Source: Lingula anatina
Taxonomy: Eukaryota > Animalia > Brachiopoda
Direction of reading: 5' to 3'
Assembly (NCBI GenBank): GCA_051362555.1
Contig: CM120644.1
Span: forward strand, 7,634,954-7,698,953
DNA: 64,000 nt
Below are positions 12,107 through 24,136 of this stretch, one piece after another. Each line of letters starts with the position of its first letter. Position 1 is the stretch's first letter. A program made the position numbers and the translations under genes. The notes under the pieces are model-generated. The model worked only from the letters and a program-made list of their open reading frames with translations, had not been told where the DNA came from and did no database searches.

Positions 12107-13336
12107 CTGGATGCAAAAAGATGACATAAACATACACACAAAATTTCACCATAGTTTTGAATGCATTTATTTCGAATTTATTGCATTATGAAAATAGGGC
12201 AACATTCTGAATGTTCAACATTTAGAACATGGATGCTTCTCTGGCTGGCACAGTAATGCGAACGCTGGTTCAATTTTTGCGAAGACGCTGTCGCAACTTG
12301 CAGAGCACTCGCTTCAGCACCAAGGGGAGCGAGCTTTCAGTTTCGCTGCTTTGTAAACTGGTGAGAGGCTGTGCTCGGTTTTGACAACTAGGGCTTGAAC
12401 AACAATCTGGCGGCAGCACTTGCTGGTTTTACCTGTTTTTTTTTTTGCTTTGGAGATATGAGTCCCATAGCATGATGCTTTATAAAACTTCGACATGGTT
12501 TCTACTCTTTACTAATTAAATCATAACAACGCCTTCCAAGAATATTCTCTGTCACCAGGTTGTACTAACTGTTGTGATTGAATAGGCGTTAAAACAGTGT
12601 CAATATCTGTTCTGCTGACGGAGATCTGCTAAAAATCTATACTACAGTTTTCACCCCAAAAACGTTGCCGTTACGTCATCAACTTGAGTGACCGTATTCA
12701 CCCCGATGTACTTCAGATGCAACAGCATTATCTCATACTATGAGACTGTTTATTTTCGCGTTTTCTAAAGCCAAAGCGATGCTTGTGCCTCCTTTCTACG
12801 ACCACAGCAATGCTAGTTTCATGGTCGCACAAAGGACGCAGAAAGGACGCCGTCCAGTGTCAAGGGGGTTTAAGGGGATAAGGAAAGATCTTAACCTTTC
12901 GATTCCCCTTATAACTATCGTAGGTCGGGTAATTTTGATATACAAGAAAACGCATATATACATGTATTTTCCATTGGTCGAAATTATTGCATGGGCCAGC
13001 ACCCTTCAGCATAAAACGATGACGTGCTTAACTTTCGTCTAGAGCTATGATATTTTCTTGAGCATTGTTTTCTTCATTTTTACCAAGGAATGAAGAATTG
13101 AATTGCTTCACATTAAATTTTATAGACAAACCATTCATTGTGCATGTCTGTTACTGGCGTTATCACAGATTTTCGTAAACAGATTTTGTTTCTCACACAC
13201 AGACAATCTTTCGCCAACAAATCTACGCAGGAACCAACCAAAATAGAAACCGACATGAGAAGTGCATTGCCAATAAGAGCGTACATGTAGATGTGCGGTG
13301 CATTGATGTGTACATGTAGGTTTATGACGCACATTT

Positions 13337-13450
13337 CAGGGGCGGACGGAGGCCGTCATCTGGGTCTTCCGGAAGACAGTCACATTTTTGTCAAGTTAAC
13401 ATTGTTGGGCATCTAATTTTTTCTGTTGGAAGACTGAATGGAGGATGCAT
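13337..13450 (+). mobile_element. Truncated copy of the CAGGGG-ended MITE found at 30855-31021
   Basis: Shares CAGGGG.GGA..AGGCCGTC.TCTGGGTCTTC..GAAGAC.GTCA.ATTTT...TTTTTTCTGT.GGAAGAC...ATGGAGGATG with the 30855 copy. Confidence 0.7.
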
Positions 13451-13472
13451 TTTAAGCTTAATAATTGTTTAA

Positions 13473-15589
13473 GGTGACTGATAGTAAAAGGACCAAAGTC
13501 ATAGAAACAAAGCCCTGGGCTTATAAGTTTTTATAAAAAATTAAAACAAACTTCCCAAAAGGCCAATTAAAGACGGGGATTAAGTACAGTGTCCAACGGA
13601 TGACGCTCTGGCGCCAATTTGAGGGGAAAAATGCCGTTTTCGGTATTGGGATTTTCTCTATAACCAAGACAGTCATTCAAGTGATTCAAAAGGCCTCATA
13701 AAGCTGGGTGAAAGCACTACAGCGGGGTACCAGGGAATTGTCTTAAACTATTTACTTTTGATTTTATCATCTTTTACGTTAAATCAGCCCATATTTCAAT
13801 GGGTTATTCACTTCAAAAGGCGATAACTTTCAAACAAACAATTTCCTCTTAAACCCCTGATATCATGCTGTAGTCCACATTCCTAACAACAATAGGTGCA
13901 ACTTTTGTAACGATCGGTTGCTCAGATAGTGAGATATACTTGGCAGCGATTCACTTATCTCGTCAATATAGAAAGCTGTTAAAACAGCCAAAAACGTTCA
14001 CAGGTTGGTTAACAGGGCTTAGTCAAATGCTTAGCTGGCAAATTTACCTGTTATCGGTTATACGATCAGATGGAACCATTGCTTATTGTCATCTAAAAAT
14101 ATTTTGTTTGGGTGCTTTGAAGGGGCAGAAAATCGTGCTTTTGTTACATTTTCCGACCACTCATTAGGCATGTAAGCGTGCCGCCATTTTGATTGACAGC
14201 TCTGGAGAGGGCCCTAGCCTTGTGATGCCCCGTAGGGTGTCAAGGATATGTAGAAGGAAGCGCTAACAAAGGCGATTACGTTTAACCGCAATTAAGAGGT
14301 GTGAAGTTGCATTTGAACGTTTCAATGGCTCTTCCTCGGCAATCGAGTAATTTTACCTGAGAGATTACTTCTTTGTTATCGGCAAAGTGATCAGATAAAA
14401 CTGTGTCGAGAGCAAGTGTCCGTCACTTGTGTTAATACGAGTTTTTTGACGGGTAACGCTGCAGGATTATTTTGCACGACACTTAGTAATCGTCAGATCA
14501 ACGGAAAAATCCAGTGATTACTTCATAGCGGTATTTCTCAGAATGCCAGCTAAGATAAAGGGGAGACGCCTAGCTGCACAAGAATCAGCGATAAAAGTGG
14601 CTGAGAGAAGGCTTTTGAATAAATATTTTATTTTTACACACATGACACTTAGACCCTATTTGCTTTTTACCTGCTAGTCTTGACTATTCTCGGGGTCTTT
14701 TTGTGATTTTCATCTTTGGATACATTTTGAACTCTTTCTTCCCGCTTGATCAGTGATTTTGAAATTGTTTTTCTCCAAACATCGCAAAATGCAAAGCCGC
14801 TAACATGCGTTTTTATTTTTATTGTTTTAATCATGCTGTCAACCCTTGCTTGGATTTCTCTCGTTTGGCCATTCACATCACAATTTTTCGTGTGTCTCTC
14901 AAGCTCCATGATATCATATCTTGGAGAATAAAATTTTATTTTGTCAACATTAGATTTACCTTTTGCAGACGGCGACCAACAATCATTTCCGGTTTCGTAA
15001 CGTGTCGCAGATACGCTCGCCGATATAGATATTGCAAAAATTAGCTAGGCTAAAAGTATCCTTTTTAGCGTTTTTTTTTAATTTATCGATTTTTCTTTCA
15101 TTTGTCAATTAATTTAGACGATTCGATTAACTCTTTTGCCCATTTATTAGGTATTCAGAAATCAGTCATCCGTCTGAACAAATAGGACCGGTTTTCCCCA
15201 ACCGCCACGCATAGGTCCAAAATTTTCTTTCTTTCCTCAGGAAATGGACTTTTAATTCGAACTTTTCTCTTCCCCATAGTGTACTAGCTAGACTTCTTCG
15301 CTGCTAAGCTGATGTAAGACTTATGACCTATTACCGCACACGTAATCGGCTTATAACTCATTAACTGTGCTCCGACCCCCTCATGGCAACGGCCCTTAGT
15401 AACAGAGGCGTGGCTTAGTTGTCAGCCTGACTGGGGCGCGTGCCGGTTGAAAAACTCATCAAAAGACACATTTTGAAATGCAAATTCATAAAAATTATTA
15501 CATCCAACGTTAGATACTTTTTTGATTAATATAAACACACAAAAAACTCAAAAACATGATTTTAAGCGTATTTAACCCTATCACCGGCC
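13473..15589. mobile_element. Possible old TTAA-flanked (Kolobok-like) non-autonomous element
   Basis: TTAA|GGTGACTGATAG ... CTATCACCGGCC|TTAA; only 8/12 TIR match and no recognisable ORF. Confidence 0.3.
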
Positions 15590-18500
15590 TTAAATGGTGA
15601 ACTACTTGACATTTTGTTAGTTAATTTTTGTTCTTGATAGGTATCTGATACTGTACTTACACATGCGATCAAAGTATATATCACTTCAATATCATTTTAT
15701 ATTCATACTTGCGGAATTAGGAAAAAAAGGAAGAGGATGGAGGATTAAAAAAACACCTCTTTCAAATCATCCTGAATTCATAAGAGTAATGATTAGAACG
15801 GAGACATGCAAAACGGAATATATTGAAAATTATTTTATTCATTTATAAATAGCAAATAATAGTTATTTATGGGTGTGGGTCCATTGTGGTATTAACGCTT
15901 AAACGGAAAAGCCTTCCGTTTGTAAATGCGTATCACGAGTACTCGAACAATTAAGCATTTGCTTCAAAACTTCATTGTCTTTTTGTAAAATGTTTGGCGA
16001 CCGGCAGTTTATTTAGCTAACATGTATGATAGCACATGCCTGATAATAGAGTGTGGTGTTAACAGTCAAAAGATTTCTGCTGTCACGCTAGTAATGTCAG
16101 TAGTTTAAACGAGCCCCAGGACAATAATCAATTAGAGTCTCATAACGCTAATGGGCTACTGTTTGTGCTTTTGTATATGCACCGCATATCAATCAGAGAT
16201 ATACTGGATTCGGTTGAACCAAAACATAACATAGATCACACTTCGAAGAATCTATGCAGAATGTATGCGTTCTGTATAAAAATAATAATAATAAACTCTT
16301 CTGAAAAATAAATGTATGGTTTTACCGTGACGTCGAGCAGCTCCTGTTTTTTCCTATAATTTTCTTTAATTTAATTAATTAATTAATTTATTTATTTTCA
16401 TTTTTTTATTTGGGGGGGGGGGGGGAGTGAATGGGGGTGGATATTAAAGGATTTCAGACCGACCGTCAAAATGGCTTGAACGCAGCATATCCTTCAGAAA
16501 ACATGCCCAAATAACTATTTCTTTAACAAAATACACAAAACGGAAGTTCATTTTGTAAACATCGAGCATCAAAGAAGAGCCCTTTTCGCCAGGTCTGGGA
16601 GATTATGAGCTACGTGGTCACGTGGTCCGGTGACGACATGCAAGCCACAGGAGAAGAGGGCCAGTGTGTTTAGCTGTCAAACTGAGCTGCCATTATCTAA
16701 ATGTAAGATGACTATTCAAACTCCTGATAACAGTTAACACCCATTTGCCTCTCTTACCCGAGGGATTTAAACCCTCGTGAATGCCTGTGAAGCCATTATC
16801 CTGTCTATTCAATCAATGAAATAGCATTAAATTACGACTATATCTACTAGTGTAAAAAGATATGCTCAATATACATGTATATGTCCATTTGAAGTAAACA
16901 GAAAATCAAAAATTAAGTTAAAATCACATCCGCAAATTTTAATTTTTATAAAACTCTGGTAAAAGAAATTGATAAATCTATTTTTTGTTTGTAATCATGC
17001 AAACATCTTGAGTAACGAAAGTTTTTAGAATAACAACGTTTTTCTATAATATTACACGTTTCTTATGTTAAAAAATTTGGAGACGACACACTTAAAATTT
17101 ATTACGATATGTACGTTTAATTTACTGATAAATTTGTCCTCAACTTCAAGTAGGTTTTTAAAATGTCTGGTAACGAACAACTTTTGTAGATTACTTTCTA
17201 AAAAAATGCATTTGTCACCGTATCGTTTCCTCATCATGGATGTATCTGAAAGATATTTTAAATGGCTAAAATATTGCAAAAACATCAAACAACTAAAGAT
17301 GATGACCTGCGGCAAAAGAAGTCGCGATTTTTTATGCCGGGCGACACTGTGAAAGTAGCCTCAAGCTATTTATTGCGTTATTTAACATAAACATTCTAGA
17401 CACACACCCACACTTCGTTTGATCTACTTGTCATCAGATGTATCTCTGGAACAAATAACTAAGTGGCCAATTTGACTTTTCTCTATCGTTAAATGTTTGA
17501 AGTGTTTGATTACAAAAACCAGTTGAGACATTTCTAAAAATATGCCATCAAAATAGCTAACTGCAATGAACAATATTCACGGAAAAATAACATAAAAGTC
17601 ACGGAACACCTCAGACAAAGCGAGATTATCGTCAACGAGCTCAAGATCCTTTGCTGCTTTTTTTAGTGCATCCCACGGCAACGCAGATGAAGCAAAGGCC
17701 CTGGGCTTGTATGTCGTCACAGTACCACGTGGCCCAGAGCTGTTGCTTCATTTTTTGCAAATTCAGGTAGGGTTTATTAAATCGCCTTTTTTCAACTAAG
17801 ATGTTTTTATTTATACTATTCATGGGGTGGTAATCCATCCAAACATATTTCTAGTGTGTAGATTGAGTGCTGGATCTACGAATTTTAACGTGTCTTAAAC
17901 CCTTTAAAACATGTGTTTGTTTTCTTGAGTGCGTGAAAAAAATATGACGGTAACTTGCAATTGCGTGAAGTCTATACGGGTCATTGACCGAGTGGCGGCG
18001 TTAAAAATATGTTGACCATATGTAACATAATAACACAAAATGAAATGACAAAAAATACTGACACAGAATTCTAAATAACCATAAAATGTTCAACCAAACA
18101 AAATCAAATTGAAATAAATGGTATAAATGCAAACGAAATCTAAACAAAATAAACGGGACAAAAATCTGAAGTGTATGAACGCATACTTTAACGCATACTT
18201 TTCTTGTAGTAAATAAAAAGTTGAAGCTCCCACAAATAAATTCGTATTCTAACTCTGGCTGGGGATGTCGAGTCTTTTCCAATTGCCGCAAATTGCCAAT
18301 TTTTGGTCTATTTAGGAGGACTAGCGCTGGATTTCATCAACAAATTAATATCATTGCCGGGGAATTGATCTAAACCCATTGCACTAGTTCTAGCGACGAT
18401 TAACACACCCAACATCAAACCAAATCTAAGTGATTAGGCCATGATTTTACCTGCTAACGACGTTCGATTCGTCTTTGTCCTCATAAGGGAAAGGAATCGT

Positions 18501-21329
18501 GTTTGCTTGAAATTGATATACTGAAGTCACTCCTGGCAGCTGCGGTTTGCAGCGTCGCACCTGCGTTTAATGGCTTATTTCTGTCTTAACAGAATTCAGG
18601 CAAAAAATTAATAGGTCTTGTGATTATGAATGTAATCACATCAAGGTGTTGCAGTGACTTGCGCTATGCATCAGGACCTGTCAAGTAGCACGCCTTTTCG
18701 TCGCTTTGGGTGCGTACACAGAGAAATATCATGCAAGCTAGTGCGACACTTGAAGTGTAAACATTTGACTAAACTAGGTTATGCAGCGTCTCATCATCTT
18801 CCAAACCAAGGGTGTTTTGGTTCCTCACAGGCTTACACACGGGGAAAGGAGACGCTCCCAGTGCTTTTCTAAAGAAAGGAAGAATGTTTTGCAAACACAA
18901 TTAAGCTGCCTGCATCAAACACACACGTTAGTTTGCGTTGGATTCAGTGGAACCACCACAACATCATATTCTAAAAGGTGTATACTTACAGTATGTTTGT
19001 AAAGAGCATTTTTTCCTCCTCATTTCACTAATAAAGTAGATTATCAGATCGACTGAGAGTGCACCTCTGATGTTGAAAAAAAGTAGCGGTGAGGAATACA
19101 TACAACCGCAGGGGTGCCTAAGCGTGCTTTAATTGTGTTCTTTGGGGCAGCTATTGCCTCCAAGTTTGGTTTTTGGTTTCTTCGATCGCATTGAAAAGGA
19201 GAATAACGAGCTAATAATGATCTCAGTATCTACTCGAACCATTTAAGACCTAGTTCCTGTAGGCTTTGTTTAAACCAAATACTACTTTAATTGTTCCGAA
19301 GCAGAAAACCTTATTGGGACAAAACCAATCTACTGGTGTGATCTCAAGCCTAGTAGGTGCCACTGAAAGCTCTTTCTGATTGGAGCTAGATCTGAATGTG
19401 AAATTTGCATCACTTGCACGTTAATCTTAAAGCACCGAAAGTCTTACGAGACCACCCCCGCCTCTCAAGGGACGCTCACTCAAAACAACAGCGCAAAATA
19501 AGCAGACGTGCCGAAACACGACATTTAGGCCTACCAACTTTTGTAGGATGTTTCATATGAGTCTAACTTTGAAAAACGTATTCCTAGTTATGAAAGTTTG
19601 ATGTGTCGTAAAACAAATCTTTTGGGCTCGTTGTAGGATGTTGTTAATGGATTTGATTTGATTTTTTTTGACGTTTTTTAGTTTGTTGGTTAAGATTTGT
19701 ACAAAGTGGAACAAGTGGCATGTAATCTTTGCATTTGATTAAGTCTATCTTTTGTTTTTATTCGAGCCTCATCAAAACAACAATAAAAAATGTACAGAAT
19801 ACTTCTTTGTTGATGAACTTTTTTGTTTATTTTGCCGTACAGAAGCACTTGTCCAATTAACTCGGGCTAAGCGTTGCGCGCTTAAATGAATCTGGCGTTA
19901 ACGCTGTTTGCTTTAGAGACCTGCAGAGTATTGAAATATTGTTTGTTTCTGTGTGTTAGCATACATAATTTAGAGGTGCATTAAAAGCTCCGGCAATTTG
20001 TTCCACCCTTGTGGCTTGATTGTCAGTTACTTTTGTCGCTAGAGGCAGGAGATCTTTGCATTGGATGGATTAATAGAATTATAGATACTCCTTGCATGGC
20101 TACTTTTACCCTATGGGATTTTAATGAAGTACGTTCTCTCTAAAGAGTGGGAGGACCTTGAATCTTTCCATTTTCGACCAAACTATGACAAAGACTCCCA
20201 CAACAATGGCAACAAATGTCATCTTGCAACACAAGGGGCCTCGTGGAATACATGCACATCCCTTAAACTATGCACTGCTGGGTTTGCGCAGTTTGTGCTA
20301 TTGACGGCAACGCATCTACCCCACAAAACAATGCAATGTCATCCAGACAGCGCAGCCCAGGCGCCCCTATTGCCATAGTTAAATGTTAACTGAAATGGTC
20401 CTTTCATATCCGAAAGACGTGACGGCTGTAATGTACAGCATATGCATCAAATAGGTGAAAAAACGTACAATTATTACTTCCTATGATACTGCTATACTAA
20501 TAATAATAATAATAATAATAATACACAAACACAAACACAAATACATGTTGTATGCCCTTGAACAGGCTTGAACGCGCCTACTCAAAGCGGACACGCGCGT
20601 AGGAACGCAAGCAGAAACGCACGCACGTATTTTAACTGGTAGTTACAAATGCCTCACGCAAAACACCTATAAATATAGGGGGTATTCTCTTTGTCCAAAT
20701 GGCGAGGATTGTATTGGTTGTCATACATTGACGAACCTTCGGCGCGTTGAAAATATTCACGCTTTAACTGTGGTGAAAATGTTTTGGAATTTGAAATCTA
20801 GTTCGGGGCCCTACTGCGGCAAAACATGGTTATGAATTTCGTTAGCAACAAATGCTACAAATGCCAAATAATTGTCTTAAAGAATACCAAATAAGAATAC
20901 GGAATAAACATAGGCCCGAAAAAAAGGAAGGAAAACAATGGGCCAAATACGTGACTCTAGGAAAGGTGTCACTGAGAAAAATTTGGAAAGTATCGCAAAA
21001 TCAGTTCGAATCGGTTGCATGCGGTACCGATTGCGGTAAAGTTACAACATAAGAAATTTACAACATATACATCCAATAGAACGGAGGTTTGATCATCGTT
21101 TCGATTAACTTAAAATTCTTCCCTGTCTCACATCGATGGCATCCACGTACATCACAATACAGTTCTTTCCCTCTACCCTGTTATATCTCAATAATTTTTT
21201 TTAACAACTAGTGCACTTTAAAACTTTCAAGCGTGGCACATCTGACATAAGATATTCCCCTTGATAATAAAACTCTAGAGATTGTCACAAAAGCTCGTCC
21301 GAGATAATGGTGGTACAACAGCAACCTAC

Positions 21330-21390
21330 CTGAAAGCAGGAAAATGGAGAGAACCACTTGATTCATCGTATGGCTGCCTTTCTGTTGCAT
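21330..21390 (-). CDS. Neuropeptide precursor exon 1: N-terminal part of the signal peptide (MQQKGSHTMNQVVLSIFLLS-), shared by both isoforms
   Basis: ATG at 21390 (second in-frame ATG at 21366), hydrophobic core VVLSIFLL, strong donor CAG|GTAGGT at 21330/21329 in phase 1. Completes a signal peptide with either downstream exon (...LLS-G-LTHLGLG or ...LLS-V-CAG). Confidence 0.8.
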
Positions 21391-21470
21391 GATCGTGCGG
21401 TTTGCCTTCACAACATGGTATTCTTCTTTGCCTTCCTGAATATTGGTGTCCCAGCAATTGCTTAACAAAT

Positions 21471-21506
21471 GACTGACAGCTCGCTCTAGACTCTCATGTT
21501 TATATA
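21471..21506 (-). promoter_or_regulatory. TATA box plus initiator core promoter of the neuropeptide gene
   Basis: Minus-strand TATATAAA (21506-21499) lies 30-32 nt upstream of an Inr-like TCAGTC (A at 21474), which is 84 nt before the ATG. Confidence 0.7.
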
Positions 21507-22169
21507 AGGTCCAGGTTTAGATACGGCTGACAGGGTTCCTTTACCTATTACGAAGCACACATTTATTTATTTATAAATTCGGTAATGGTATTTTGCCGTG
21601 ATGACACCCGAAGTTTCCGGGTGCCATCGACCAAACAAGCCGCAGTCGACAGGCCCAGTGTTTTTCAACAGTATGCGCCGCCTCCACAATCGTGCGATCC
21701 AGATAAAAGCAACGTGTTCCGGTGACAGCGGTTGCGACAACAGAAAAGTTACATGAATGGCCAGGAATCCTCTCGAGGCTATTGAAAATGGAATGTAGAT
21801 GCGACCAAATATGATTAGATCAACTGAAGGTTATTATCACTCATTTATTGGACTGTTAGGAAGAATTGTTTTACCGGGGTACTGAAACGCCGTGGAAAGG
21901 TTTAGATACGCGACAATGGCTCTCAATGCAAACTTCATGTCGTTTGAATAATGTATGTGAAATGCGTCACTATTGATGTTCACGATCATTTCATCGGCTT
22001 ATAGATCTCTCACTTATATAACACCCCCGGCAATGAAGTTGTATTAATAGCTGGAGGAATCGGCATGGTGGGAAGTGGGGGTGGGGTAGGGGTGACGACC
22101 CTCCTCTCTGCTAGGTATTGAAATGGGACAAACGTTTGGTCAGTATGGGGGATCAGTTAGCTGGACGAA

Positions 22170-22340
22170 CCGGTGTGACAAGAATGGTAGCCCTAGGAAT
22201 GGAAGTTCGGGGTCCCACATGCTAAGTACAGGTTAGGGTTAGTCGGGGTATTGTGGTCAGTATATGGGACGAAGGTAACCTGTACAAAGTAATGGGAGAC
22301 GGTCTACGGTTCCTAGCGGACTACCATCTTGTTACACCGG
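22170..22340. mobile_element. 171-bp MITE with CCGG termini
   Basis: Imperfect TIR CCGGTGTGACAAGAATGGTAG / CTACCATCTTGTTACACCGG; second copy at 5510-6067. Confidence 0.7.
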
Positions 22341-22460
22341 GCTACTCCTTGGGAGACATAATATATAAGATAAGCATTTGGATTTGAATTCCAATTGTGA
22401 TCCCCCCCCCCCCAAAAAAAAAGAAATAAAAAAATAAATAAAAATAAAATAAAATAAAAT

Positions 22461-22491
<31 letters not shown>

Positions 22492-23369
22492 TAAAAAATC
22501 TAACCTTTTTACTAAAGATTCAGCATTTTTGATCTGAAAAACACAAGCAAATTCCTGATCGCTTTTTAAAACATGCAGTCCATAAAGTCTAAGTTCTTCC
22601 CTCCCCCAATCATTATTTCTCCCTAAGTTCATGATCTCCTGCTCCCACGTCTTTTCAAACAACTGATAAATACTAAATTATTGGCGAAGACAATATACTT
22701 CGGGAGTCTCTCTCGCTAGAGCAGTCAAGATAACTCGCCACAACTCAAGACCGACAGAAGGTAGGAAAATTTATTTTCACCCACCAACCCTCTCCTCTAC
22801 ATTTGCATCTTTATTTCCGATATCTACTATATATGCTATATATCTGCTACTCTGCTGGCGTCTTTATCGACCCCACCTTCCATAATTGCCAACCTCGCTC
22901 AAGTATCCATCTCAGGATTTTACCAATTTATCGCGCCTCTCGGTCATCAAGGTGTTTCTGCTCGAGCAACACAGGGTGACTCCCGCTCTCGCCACCAACA
23001 ACAACCAATTATTGAACCGGGCAAATCATTTCTCCCTCTCCTTTCATATAAAACTATAAAATTCAATATAAATCTTAATTGGTTATCAAACACAGCACTT
23101 GCTACATTTCAATGCATTAAAGTAGATAACTAAATGAATAACTAAAGAGATATCTAGATATATATAAAGCAAGCAATAAAGAGACATAATCCTTACCGGA
23201 TTTATCTCCTTCCCTTTGATAACAAAAAGTGCTCATATACGTTGAAATGAAAGGACACGCAAACTCATTGGACATACATAAGGGACACGCTACTTGATGT
23301 ATTTTAATTTCCGTTAAGTTACCGTACGACTGACAACTTTATTGCTTAAAAGCGTGTAATGGGCAGTTG

Positions 23370-23451
23370 GGATAAAAGTGTAGTTTTACATAATGAAAAC
23401 CAGGTAGAATGGATAAAAGTGTAGTTTTACATAATGAAAACCAGGTAGAAT
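23370..23451. repeat. Perfect 41-bp tandem duplication
   Basis: GGATAAAAGTGTAGTTTTACATAATGAAAACCAGGTAGAAT x2. Confidence 0.95.
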
Positions 23452-23895
23452 AAGGACAGTGGCTATTATCTGTGCTGTCCTGCTGCAGCAGTGTGATATT
23501 GTCCAACACTATTGTTTTTATTATTAAATGTCGCTTCCGTTACTGAGAATTGCACGTAAATGAATTGGAAATGACGTCCACAATTGTTTAAGAATCGCAC
23601 CATACGCGTGGGTTATCAAATGAAAACTAACTGAAGTTCATTTCTGATCATCTACCGGGGCATTAAGTGCTTTTGCATTTTCTTTACGTTACTTCTTTTG
23701 CTATATGACCAACACATTTTAATATATAAAAAAACCAGAACACGCTATGAGTGTAAAAACAAGTAGCATTCATATTAATTAGCCTTCTTTTCCAGTAAGT
23801 CTTTAATGGCTGTTTCATTATTGTAAATGCACTCCAGTTTCTTAAATTATACATGTGGTGTATCTCAACCCTTTTGTCATCCTACACTACACTAA

Positions 23896-24136
23896 GGCCT
23901 CATTCCCATTGAAACTATCGGTTTACGGAGATCGATCCAACTCCGAAGGGACTCCCGCTGAATGCAATCAGTTAAAACAGATTGACACTCACACTCTTGT
24001 TTCCAACGTACTTTCTGTGTTCCACTCAATGCCAGGAGGGGGCGTGTGAATCTGTTACACTGATTGCATTCAGCGAGAGTCCCTTCGGAGTTGGATCGAA
24101 CTACGTAGACCGACGGTGTCTATGGGAAAGGTGTCT
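23896..24136. mobile_element. ~240-bp fold-back MITE (Tourist/PIF-Harbinger-like)
   Basis: ~90-bp inverted arms (TCGATCCAACTCCGAAGGGACTC.CGCTGAATGCAATCAGT and its reverse complement), with TAA on each flank. Confidence 0.75.

Noticed and set aside
12093-12152. MVKFCVYVYVIFLHPVCAG as a first exon splicing via G|GTATGC to 8282
   Set aside because: Phase-compatible but a weaker donor; the segment is better explained as the acceptor tract of the proximal exon. Not fully excluded.
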